DNA of 64,000 bases, from IMG/VR virus record IMGVR_UViG_3300034782_000062, positions 32,001 through 96,000 of that record. One strand, given 5' to 3'. This document shows, one piece after another, positions 17,844-25,879 of this stretch. Below the pieces are notes generated by a model, which had not been told where the DNA came from, searched no databases, and worked only from the letters and a program-made list of their open reading frames with translations. The translations under genes and the position numbers were made by a program. The stretch comes from a virus. Position 1 is the stretch's first letter, and each line of letters begins with the position of its first letter.

Positions 17844-18762
17844 AGCGCTCCTCCTCGAACTCGAACTCTTCTTCCTTCTTTCGAGTCATGTAGGCACCAA
17901 GGACGATGATCCCCAGAAGACCAAAGCCTGCAGCAGCCCACGGGACCCAGGATGGAAGTCCGGTTGTCGGAATCGAAGGCCCCATCGACGCGGTTTGAAC
18001 TCGCGGCGGTTGCTGCGCGACGCTGGGAGGCACAGGTAGCGGAGAAAACGATGGCTTCACTACGGTAGCGACACCCGTCGGGAACGTCGTTGGTGTAGTC
18101 GTAACGGGAGGAGGGCCGGATGGAACGGTCATCCTCTGAGCGACAGTCGGGAACTGCTGAACGACCTGTTGCCAGCTCTGGCGAGCAGCAAGGCATCGGA
18201 CGCCGGCCTCGGTCTCATCGCCCCATCGACCATCGACCCCATAGCGGGGGAGAGTACATCCAGCAGCAATGACTGCGTTCTGCACTGCCTCTACCTGAGG
18301 GTCGGGCGGCAAAACAGTGCGAGCAATCCTTCTTCCAGCGGCAGCAACATTCTCCGCAAATCTCGTCAGAAGACCCTCTGCCTCTACGATTTCTTCGGCC
18401 GTGGGCGCCGGAAGTCGATTCATTTCTTCAGGGCTCAGAGCTTCTGCAAAGGTCAAGTAGTAATCACAGTCACCGGGGATATTAGGAGGACTCATCACGT
18501 TGCAATATGTTGCAACTTCAAAATTGCTGCATGGGGCGCCGCCTGAATCTACTCGACACGCCTCTGCTGCCGTAAATAGTCGTCGACATTCCGTAAAGTC
18601 AGTGCCGATCCTGTCAGGGGCGAGGTTAAAACAGACGTCTCTGGCTTGTCCCCGAGAGAGAACACCTGTCTGAACGTCGCGAAGGAGATCGGCTCCATCA
18701 CGGCCTTCGCCGTTTGTGCCCAAAGCGCCAAGCCCACCAGGTGTTCTTCGGTATTCGTACAT
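17830..18762 (-). CDS. YEY-leader protein: Cys-rich helical domain, PG-binding domain, C-terminal TM
   Basis: MYEYRRTPGGLGALGTNG; AGCTLPRYGVDGRWGDETEAGVRC. Confidence 0.85.
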   Translation of the reverse strand: MYEYRRTPGGLGALGTNGEGRDGADLLRDVQTGVLSRGQARDVCFNLAPDRIGTDFTECRRLFTAAEACRVDSGGAPCSNFEVATYCNVMSPPNIPGDCDYYLTFAEALSPEEMNRLPAPTAEEIVEAEGLLTRFAENVAAAGRRIARTVLPPDPQVEAVQNAVIAAGCTLPRYGVDGRWGDETEAGVRCLAARQSWQQVVQQFPTVAQRMTVPSGPPPVTTTPTTFPTGVATVVKPSFSPLPVPPSVAQQPPRVQTASMGPSIPTTGLPSWVPWAAAGFGLLGIIVLGAYMTRKKEEEFEFEEERYGRF

Positions 18763-18780
18763 TTTAAATGTTTAACCTCT

Positions 18781-19464
18781 TTAATAGGCGCCTGTCGGTG
18801 CCTCGACCCAGCGTGCCTCTCTCTCTTCAATGTCCACGTCGCCGACACCTCGGCCGCTCATCAGGTACTGCATCAAGATGAAAAGACCGATACCACCAAC
18901 ACCCACTGCCAAAATGGTCCAAGTTGCGTTCCACTCAGAACGGGCCGGTGTAGGCTGAATCGGCTGCGAGGGTTGCGTTGCGACTGGCGCTGCTGCCGCT
19001 ACAGGCCGTGGACGAAATTCCTCCGGCACCTCCACCAAAGAAAGCACAACAGGATATCGCCCAACGATACTTCCCCATCCGACAGCCTGCGCCAAACAGT
19101 TGATCCCGGAACGCGTTTCGGACCCGAAGAGACCATCTGCGCCGTAGGTCGGCAGCCTACAGCCTGCTCGAAGAATAGCCATCTGAAGCTCGCGCACCTT
19201 GTCACGTCGAGGGCAGCAGTAGTACGCACCAGCGTCTGTGGCGTCTGGCTGAGCGCAATAGGGCTCACCACCAACCTGCACTCCAACACAAGCCCGACTG
19301 TCTGCTCGACCCTCCTGCCCGGAAGGAACGCAGGCGACCTCGCCATCAGCCATCGGGAAGTCGGCACTTCCACGGCATGATTGGCCGATCCAGCTCCATG
19401 CCCCATTGGAACCGAGTGCCCCAAGGCTCATCAAAGGCCGACGTGTTCTTGTCCGCATATACAT
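18781..19464 (-). CDS. CCP domain plus PG-binding domain, C-terminal TM
   Basis: MYMR...SLGALGSNG; YYCCPR; AGCRLPTYGADGLFGSET. Confidence 0.8.
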   Translation of the reverse strand: MYMRTRTRRPLMSLGALGSNGAWSWIGQSCRGSADFPMADGEVACVPSGQEGRADSRACVGVQVGGEPYCAQPDATDAGAYYCCPRRDKVRELQMAILRAGCRLPTYGADGLFGSETRSGINCLAQAVGWGSIVGRYPVVLSLVEVPEEFRPRPVAAAAPVATQPSQPIQPTPARSEWNATWTILAVGVGGIGLFILMQYLMSGRGVGDVDIEEREARWVEAPTGAY

Positions 19465-19472
19465 GTCACACC

Positions 19473-19811
19473 TCACACAACGAAGGGAACGAGCGAGAAC
19501 GCTCTACCAATACCGTCCGCATAGGCGAACGTCGGCCCAATCGCCGGCCATGGGGCCAGCATATTCGGGTACATCGGCTCACTTCTAAGCTTGTTGTAAA
19601 GAGCAAAGCCGACGGCACCAACCGCCATCGCAAGAGCGACCTTTACCCAAAAATTGAACCGAGTCGCCTGATCCGTCACCATAGACGCCGTCTGCGTGAC
19701 CTGGTCTCCGTTCGTTCCCATTCCCTGAGGAAGGAGAGGTCGAGCAGGATTGTAGGGAACGAGGGTGCTCAGAGGAGAGAGCTGTCGACCCTTCGTCGTG
19801 TAGATGTACAT
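19473..19811 (-). CDS. Small membrane protein with YIY leader
   Basis: MYIYTT...QGMGTNG; one TM; TGATG coupling. Confidence 0.65.
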   Translation of the reverse strand: MYIYTTKGRQLSPLSTLVPYNPARPLLPQGMGTNGDQVTQTASMVTDQATRFNFWVKVALAMAVGAVGFALYNKLRSEPMYPNMLAPWPAIGPTFAYADGIGRAFSLVPFVV

Positions 19812-20293
19812 CAGTATCCCTCCAGCTCCATCTCCTCCTGGCGATTCTTCGCCCATCGCCAGACGAGATATCCACCGATACCCATGACACCCACCGTCAC
19901 TAGGACGGTTCCGATGCCCATGCCGATACCGGCGCCCGCTGCGGTTGCAGCAGCAGGGATCATGGACGCCGCCACCTGCTGTCCATCTCTGGGTGCAGGA
20001 ATCGCTGCTGCTCGGGCCAGCTCAGCGTCGAGGACTCCAGGCGGGCAGCAGTAGAAAACTCCCTGGTTACCCTCATCGGTATAGCAGTGGTGGTTTCCTT
20101 GGAAGCCAACTGTTCTACATCCGATGCGCTGCAAGTATTGAATCTCGGCGGAGCGACCACAGATGAGGTCACTGCTCGGGTCCATTGGGTTCGCGGCTGG
20201 ACCTGAGCACGTTTGCTGAGAGAAACGATGTTCCTGACCTGGAACGGTAAAACCACCGGTCCAGCCAAGGCCTTGACGGGCTCTTGTATACAT
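19811..20293 (-). CDS. CCP-domain membrane protein
   Basis: MYTRARQGLGW; FYCCPP; C-terminal TM. Confidence 0.8.
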   Translation of the reverse strand: MYTRARQGLGWTGGFTVPGQEHRFSQQTCSGPAANPMDPSSDLICGRSAEIQYLQRIGCRTVGFQGNHHCYTDEGNQGVFYCCPPGVLDAELARAAAIPAPRDGQQVAASMIPAAATAAGAGIGMGIGTVLVTVGVMGIGGYLVWRWAKNRQEEMELEGY

Positions 20294-20712
20294 CAGAATT
20301 GACCTCTTCTTTCTCGCTCCTCTTCCATTTTTGCTGTGACATAGGAGCCGATCATGATGATGCCGACGAGACCGACACCGGCAGCGGCCCATGGAAGCCA
20401 TGCTGGAGTCTGACCGTTTCCTGTGACTCGGGGAACGACAGAGGCGACCTGCTGCGCCACTCCCTGTTGTTGGGGAATTGTCATCCTCTGAGCGACCCAG
20501 GGCCAGCTCTGGAGAACGAAATCCCAACCGCGGCGCTCCGCGAGACAACGAGTACCCGCCTCGGTCTCTGAGCCCCATCGGCTGTCGCGGCCAAACCGCG
20601 GAAGAGAACAGCCGTTTTCGAGTATGGCACTCTGAATGGAACCAACCTGCTCCTCAGGCTCTGTTCCCAGGCCCATCATGCCCCGACGACTTCTGGTGGT
20701 GTACTCGTACAT
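20293..20712 (-). CDS. YEY-leader PG-binding-domain membrane protein
   Basis: MYEYTTRSRRGMMGLGT; NGCSLPRFGRDSRWGSETEAG. Confidence 0.85.
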   Translation of the reverse strand: MYEYTTRSRRGMMGLGTEPEEQVGSIQSAILENGCSLPRFGRDSRWGSETEAGTRCLAERRGWDFVLQSWPWVAQRMTIPQQQGVAQQVASVVPRVTGNGQTPAWLPWAAAGVGLVGIIMIGSYVTAKMEEERERRGQF

Positions 20713-20721
20713 GACGACCTC

Positions 20722-21519
20722 CTAATATCCGAGCGCGGCCAGCTCAGCCTCTTCCAGCTCGGCTTCTTCTTCCTCGCCCCTCTTGTAGAGGTAGTATCCG
20801 CCGGCTGCGAGAAGACCAACGCCTCCGAGAATGGCGAGCCAGCCCCACCAAGGCATTCCGCCAGGAACGATGCCAGCCTGCTGAATAGCAGGAGCACCCG
20901 GGGCGCCTGTCGTGGTGGTTGCTGCAGCTCCTCCGCTTGCATAGCGAACGCCGCCCTGTTCAGGGGTCTTCGACCCGGTCGCACCGGGGTCAAAGATCAT
21001 TCCGGATGGACGAGCCGCTCCGGAAGGATCGGCCATCAGTGTGCTGAGGAACGGGAAGCGCCCGGCCACGTTGGTCCAGCTCGTCTGGCCCACTGCGCAT
21101 TCGACACCACTGCGCGTGTTCGGCCCCCAGACACCATCAGCACCCGTTGAGCCGACAGAACAGCCTTGCTGGACAAGCCAGTTCTGCATCTGACGAATCT
21201 GATCACGGCTCACTGCCTGCTGGACGATCGTGCTGGGCTCTCCGGCACCAGGGCGCCCTGGCGGACAGCACCAGGTGTTTCCAGAAGCTCCCGATGATGT
21301 TCGGCAAGCCCCGGTGCCACCTCCCTGCTCAGGATACGTGACCTGGCACCCCTGGCTCACCATGAAGCCCTGTTCGCCGGTAGTAGCACAGGCAATCGTG
21401 CCACCTCCCTCACAAGGGATGCTCCGAGCGATTTCCCGACTCATCGGGATTTCCCAGTTGTACGACCACCCGAGCGCTCCCATGCCCAAACCACCGGGCT
21501 TCCTTACATATTCGTACAT
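20722..21519 (-). CDS. YEY-leader CCP plus PG-binding membrane protein
   Basis: MYEYVRKPGGLGMGALGW; WCCPPG; GCSVGSTGADGVWGPNT. Confidence 0.85.
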   Translation of the reverse strand: MYEYVRKPGGLGMGALGWSYNWEIPMSREIARSIPCEGGGTIACATTGEQGFMVSQGCQVTYPEQGGGTGACRTSSGASGNTWCCPPGRPGAGEPSTIVQQAVSRDQIRQMQNWLVQQGCSVGSTGADGVWGPNTRSGVECAVGQTSWTNVAGRFPFLSTLMADPSGAARPSGMIFDPGATGSKTPEQGGVRYASGGAAATTTTGAPGAPAIQQAGIVPGGMPWWGWLAILGGVGLLAAGGYYLYKRGEEEEAELEEAELAALGY

Positions 21520-21541
21520 TTTTAGCTCCTACTCTTTGCCC

Positions 21542-22405
21542 TTAGTATCCGAGCGCGGCCAGCTCAGACTCTTCACGCAGCACGTCTTCTTCCTCTCCCT
21601 TTCGGTAAAGGTAAAGACCACCCAGCGCGAGAGCGCCGACGCCTCCGAGCAGGCCCATCCAGCCCCACCAAGGCATGCCACCCGCGACCATTCCGGCCTG
21701 AGTGACCGGTGTTGTCCCCGGTGTGGTTCCAGTGCTTGCCACACGACCACCAGGGATGATGGTCTGGCCCGCAGCAACCTGCTCCGGTGTCTTTGTTCCC
21801 ACAACAGGAGGCTGAAAAACGAAGTCTGCAGGACGCGCCTGTCCGGTTGGAGTCTGCCTCATCGTGGCGACGAAGGGGAAGTTCGCAGCGATCACAGTCG
21901 CGTTCCCCTGAGCCTCAGCACACCGAACGGCCGTCGCTGTATCAGGACCCCAGATTCCATCGATGCCGTGTGTGCCGACAGAACAGTTGATGGACTCCAG
22001 CCACTGCTGAAGCTCACGAATGTCAGCACGGGACGCTCCAGCCTGAGTCACAGCCGCGCCCTCACCCGGCGTTGCACGGGGGCGACCAGGAGGACAACAC
22101 CAGACCAAGCCAGCGTTTGCCTCCGTCGTTGGACCTGTACCCGTGAAGCAAATTCGAGTGGAACCGCCCAGTTCGGTGTCGAGGTTCATGGGCCTGCAGC
22201 CTTCATTGGCCATGAAGGTGCTTTCTGCTGTTCGACCACAGGTCACGGTCCCTGAGCCATCCGGCGTTTGACACGAAGGGCCACGGAATGTCTGACCAAA
22301 TGAGGTAAAGGTGGGCATCCAGCCCAAACCGCCCGGGACGGGAACGTATTCGTGGCTGTTCTTCGAAGCGCCCAAACCGCCCGGCCTTCTTACGTACTCG
22401 TACAT
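21542..22405 (-). CDS. Tandem paralogue of 20722-21519 with a doubled leader
   Basis: MYEYVRRPGGLG...HEYVPVPGGLGW; WCCPPG; GIDGIWGPDT; near-identical C-terminus ELAALGY. Confidence 0.85.
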   Translation of the reverse strand: MYEYVRRPGGLGASKNSHEYVPVPGGLGWMPTFTSFGQTFRGPSCQTPDGSGTVTCGRTAESTFMANEGCRPMNLDTELGGSTRICFTGTGPTTEANAGLVWCCPPGRPRATPGEGAAVTQAGASRADIRELQQWLESINCSVGTHGIDGIWGPDTATAVRCAEAQGNATVIAANFPFVATMRQTPTGQARPADFVFQPPVVGTKTPEQVAAGQTIIPGGRVASTGTTPGTTPVTQAGMVAGGMPWWGWMGLLGGVGALALGGLYLYRKGEEEDVLREESELAALGY

Positions 22406-22409
22406 GGTT

Positions 22410-22676
22410 TCACTCTCCTCTTCTCTTCGTGAGGTAGTAAGAAAGGCCCAGCGCAGCCACCGCGCCGAGGCCAAACCAGAACAGACCCGACGACGTAAAT
22501 GGGCCTGATACATTCGTCGTTGCTTGCACAGGTGGCTGAGAAGGGATCGCCTGGCTCTGAGCCTGAATCTGCTGCGCCCCTTGCTGGACCTGTGATGCAG
22601 TTTCCATGGCCTGTGCCACGATGAAGTCAGTGATCTGGTCGATGTTCTCCGCCGTCTGTTGGAAGTTGTTCGACAT
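22410..22676 (-). CDS. Small C-terminally anchored membrane protein
   Basis: Start MSNNFQ with RBS; TM GLFWFGLGAVAALGLSYYL followed by TKRR. Confidence 0.7.
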   Translation of the reverse strand: MSNNFQQTAENIDQITDFIVAQAMETASQVQQGAQQIQAQSQAIPSQPPVQATTNVSGPFTSSGLFWFGLGAVAALGLSYYLTKRRGE

Positions 22677-22678
22677 GA

Positions 22679-23050
22679 TCAATCCTTCGTCAGAAAAACT
22701 GTTATCGCCAAGACCGACGTCACAATGCTCGCACCTATGGCGATCTTCATGAGGCGCTGTGCACGTTCCAGCTCGGCTCGCGTTTCCTGAGCCTCCTGCA
22801 CCAGCTCCTGAGGCCGCTGCTGAAGCCAGCTCATCCACTCGCTGACGTTGAGCCCTGAGGACTCAGTACCCCCATCAGTCCCGAGCGCCGAGGTCACAGC
22901 ATACTGACGCTCACCCATGTGCCTCGGGTAGACCCACATCCGCCTACCAGAAACTGGGTTGATGAGCAGGTAGTAATCGCCAGGCTTCACGTGCGGCCTG
23001 ACAAAATACATCGGGACGCTGACTGGTTTTCGTGCAAGCTTCGATGCCAT
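22679..23050 (-). CDS. Small C-terminally anchored membrane protein
   Basis: Internal SALGTDG; C-terminal TM. Confidence 0.7.
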   Translation of the reverse strand: MASKLARKPVSVPMYFVRPHVKPGDYYLLINPVSGRRMWVYPRHMGERQYAVTSALGTDGGTESSGLNVSEWMSWLQQRPQELVQEAQETRAELERAQRLMKIAIGASIVTSVLAITVFLTKD

Positions 23051-23059
23051 CGGCTGCTC

Positions 23060-23527
23060 CTACTCTTCTTCTCGATACTTCTTGATGAGCATCTGAATAC
23101 CAAGAGCTGCAGCCGCCCCCGCACCCAGCCAGAAGAGCTTGGCGCCGAACGTTGTTCCCTGCTGAGCAGGCGCCTCCGTGGTGCCCATGCTCGGCCCCTC
23201 CAGGACGATGCCGTAGGAGGACGACCCCGGATAGAGCGGACGACCCGGACGTCTGAGCATATTCCACTGCATGTCCGGTGCAGCAACCTCGTAGTCATAT
23301 CGAGCATAGTCATCGAAGAAAATGCCAGTGTTGCTCGGCGGTTCAGTGTCGCCGCTGAAGATCCCGTTGTCTTCGCCCTCGTAGCCGAAGATTCCGCTTC
23401 CGATCACCTTCGGGAGTCGGCCAGTCGGCGCGGCACCGTTGATGACATTGACGCCCTTGAATCCAAGGCGCTGGCGGTACCTTTCCTCACGGGGCGGAGC
23501 TTTTACGATGCTCTTTGGTGGTGCCAT
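23060..23527 (-). CDS. C-terminally anchored membrane protein with GIF repeats
   Basis: Start MAPPK; SGIF, NGIF, TGIF; C-terminal TM. Confidence 0.7.
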   Translation of the reverse strand: MAPPKSIVKAPPREERYRQRLGFKGVNVINGAAPTGRLPKVIGSGIFGYEGEDNGIFSGDTEPPSNTGIFFDDYARYDYEVAAPDMQWNMLRRPGRPLYPGSSSYGIVLEGPSMGTTEAPAQQGTTFGAKLFWLGAGAAAALGIQMLIKKYREEE

Positions 23528-23535
23528 TGTTCCCT

Positions 23536-24069
23536 CTAATCCTTTTTCCGAGTCAGCAGCCAAATGCCAACGATCCCGAACGTCAGCACCAAGCCCCCTA
23601 TCACGATGTAGGGGACATATGACCTCTGTGGCTGAACCACGAGGGGAGCCGCAGTCGATGTTGGAGAAGGCGTTTCTTCTGACGCCGCCTCTCCCTCATC
23701 CGCTGAAGCTGTCGTTGACTGAGCTGGTGCAGGAGTTGTCGTCGTTGGAGCGCCCTTTCCGCTGGGCGCTGGAGCTGCCCCAGTCGGCGTTGCGCCGCTT
23801 GGCTGCTTTCCACCGGGCGCTCCAGTTGAAGACCCCGTAACCTCAGTCGCCGTATTGCTCGCAAACTGCTGAGCGAGCCCGGAGAACAGATTAGCGATCC
23901 CCGAGTAGATGCTTGTATCGCCCGAAGACTCCCTACCACCCTGAAGCTCTGGCGGCATCGGACGAAGACCCATTCCAGCGGACACCAGATCCTCTGGCGT
24001 CGCGAAATCCATGTCTGGGTTATCGATGTCGCCGTTCGTCCCCAGGCCAGTCATATACTCGTAAGACAT
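23536..24069 (-). CDS. YEY-leader protein with Ala/Pro/Thr stalk and C-terminal TM
   Basis: MSYEYMTGLGTNG. Confidence 0.8.
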   Translation of the reverse strand: MSYEYMTGLGTNGDIDNPDMDFATPEDLVSAGMGLRPMPPELQGGRESSGDTSIYSGIANLFSGLAQQFASNTATEVTGSSTGAPGGKQPSGATPTGAAPAPSGKGAPTTTTPAPAQSTTASADEGEAASEETPSPTSTAAPLVVQPQRSYVPYIVIGGLVLTFGIVGIWLLTRKKD

Positions 24070-24732
24070 CTACTTTTTCCTCACGAGCAACCAAATACCG
24101 ACACCAGCGAAACCGAAGACAAGCAGCCCTCCGACGATGTAAGGAGCGATCGTTGACCCGACAGAAGGCATAGGAGCTGTTACAGCAGCGGGCGAAGGAC
24201 CAGGAGGAGGAAGGGTTTCCGTGGCTGCTGCAGCACCCGCGCCGGGAACCATCACCTGACCTGTGAGGTTGGCCGCGGTTTCCATGGCAACGCCCTGTGC
24301 CTCTTGATTTGCCTGACCCCCGATACCAAGTTTCGTTGCGACCGTCTCAAACATCGCACCGACGTCGGTAGGCCACCACGTCTGCTTTTCTGCTGTTGGG
24401 GCCGGTTCACCTGCTGCTGTTGCCGGAGCACCAGTAGTAGGGCACGAAGCCCCTACCAAGCGCTCATATTGTGAAAAAGCTGGGTCGCTGGAAAATCGAG
24501 AACGAAATCCATCGAGAACGCGACGCGCCTCATCACATCGATTCGCACGAGCAAGAGCCTGTGCTCGACGTAGAGCGTAGTTCTGAGGAGTTGCCGGGTC
24601 TTCGCGCTCCGCTTGTTCCAGAAGACGAATTGCTTCTGAGTAGTTCCCTGAATCGTAAGCGGTGCGTGCCTGCGCAGAGAGTCTTTCCGCCTCCTCGACG
24701 GTCCCCATCCCGGTCATATATTCGTAAGTCAT
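24070..24732 (-). CDS. YEY-leader TPR-like domain membrane protein
   Basis: MTYEYMTGMGT; ARTAYDSGNYSEAIRLLEQA...DP...ALRRAQAL TPR pattern. Confidence 0.8.
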   Translation of the reverse strand: MTYEYMTGMGTVEEAERLSAQARTAYDSGNYSEAIRLLEQAEREDPATPQNYALRRAQALARANRCDEARRVLDGFRSRFSSDPAFSQYERLVGASCPTTGAPATAAGEPAPTAEKQTWWPTDVGAMFETVATKLGIGGQANQEAQGVAMETAANLTGQVMVPGAGAAAATETLPPPGPSPAAVTAPMPSVGSTIAPYIVGGLLVFGFAGVGIWLLVRKK

Positions 24733-24740
24733 GATTCTAC

Positions 24741-25370
24741 CTAGTCTTTCTTCCTTATGACCAGCCAAACAAGGAAGGTTCCGAGGCCGATCGCCGTCGA
24801 GGCCAGTGTGATATGGGTCTGGTATCGCTCTATCCAGGTCTGTTCTTCGGCAGCTTGCTGGCCGGCAGAGTCCGGAGGAGTCTCCTCAATAGGGAGAACC
24901 TCGTTCTCGGCGGCTGCGCCTGTACGAAGAGCCGCTTCCTGTGCATACGTCGCAAAGCCCTGGGCAGTGGGCTTGTTTGCGCCTGTGCCACCTGGCATAG
25001 GGGCCGCTGGAACCTGTTGACCTGTAGGCATACCAATGGCTCCCTTGACCCAATCGACGATACCCCCTGTATCCTGAGATGGGGCAGCCCCTGGCTGAGC
25101 CGCTACGGTCGACTCTTCTTCTTCTCTGACAGCTTCGCCGAGGATAAGAGTAGGAGTGGATGGACAGCAGTAATGCTGACACGCCTCGTTCAGCCTTCCG
25201 ACCTGACCAGTGTCACTGGGTATCTCAACACAGCTCATTCGACTGGCGGTGGATGCCTCTCTCGGCCTGAAACAACGTTTCTGACCCGTCACAGAGCCCT
25301 GCGTACAAGCTCCTCTTGGGTCCGAAAATCCGAGAGAACCCAAGCCAGGACCGTAGTAATGATAGGACAT
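24741..25370 (-). CDS. CCP-domain membrane protein with YHY leader
   Basis: MSYHYYGPGLGSLG; HYCCPS; C-terminal TM. Confidence 0.8.
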   Translation of the reverse strand: MSYHYYGPGLGSLGFSDPRGACTQGSVTGQKRCFRPREASTASRMSCVEIPSDTGQVGRLNEACQHYCCPSTPTLILGEAVREEEESTVAAQPGAAPSQDTGGIVDWVKGAIGMPTGQQVPAAPMPGGTGANKPTAQGFATYAQEAALRTGAAAENEVLPIEETPPDSAGQQAAEEQTWIERYQTHITLASTAIGLGTFLVWLVIRKKD

Positions 25371-25378
25371 CGTTTACC

Positions 25379-25870
25379 TTAATCCTTCATCTTGGAGACG
25401 AGCCACACGCCGCCGATGACAACCCCTGTCACTCCGACTCCAACGACAGCCCAGACCCACATGGGAGTAGGCCGACTCCCTCCAAATGTTCCACCGACGC
25501 GGGCTTGAGCCTCGCGAGCGAACGCAGCCGCTTGTTCACGGCTGATCTCTTCAGCAAGTTCCCGCTCCTGTGCGGAATACTCACTCGCGATGCCTCTACG
25601 AGCCTCGTTGATAGCATCACGCTCAGCGTTCGCTCTTTCATCGAAATACTGTTGCCTTGCCATGTCGTCGAGCATCGACGACATTCCGGATTCGCGCCCC
25701 TCAGCGTAGGCACCCTGCTGGTAACGAATCTGGTCGATGGTGTTGATCGCACCAAAGATCGCACCGACCGTACTTCCAACAGCGCCAGCGGCTGCACTGG
25801 CGTAGTCTCCGGCCGTCGTTCCCATGCCGACATCGCCCCCATCAGGGGCACCTACGAAGACGAAGCTCAT
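25379..25870 (-). CDS. Coiled-coil membrane protein
   Basis: GDVGMGTT leader, amphipathic/hydrophobic helix, coil, C-terminal TM. Confidence 0.75.
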   Translation of the reverse strand: MSFVFVGAPDGGDVGMGTTAGDYASAAAGAVGSTVGAIFGAINTIDQIRYQQGAYAEGRESGMSSMLDDMARQQYFDERANAERDAINEARRGIASEYSAQERELAEEISREQAAAFAREAQARVGGTFGGSRPTPMWVWAVVGVGVTGVVIGGVWLVSKMKD

Positions 25871-25879
25871 CGAAGCCGC

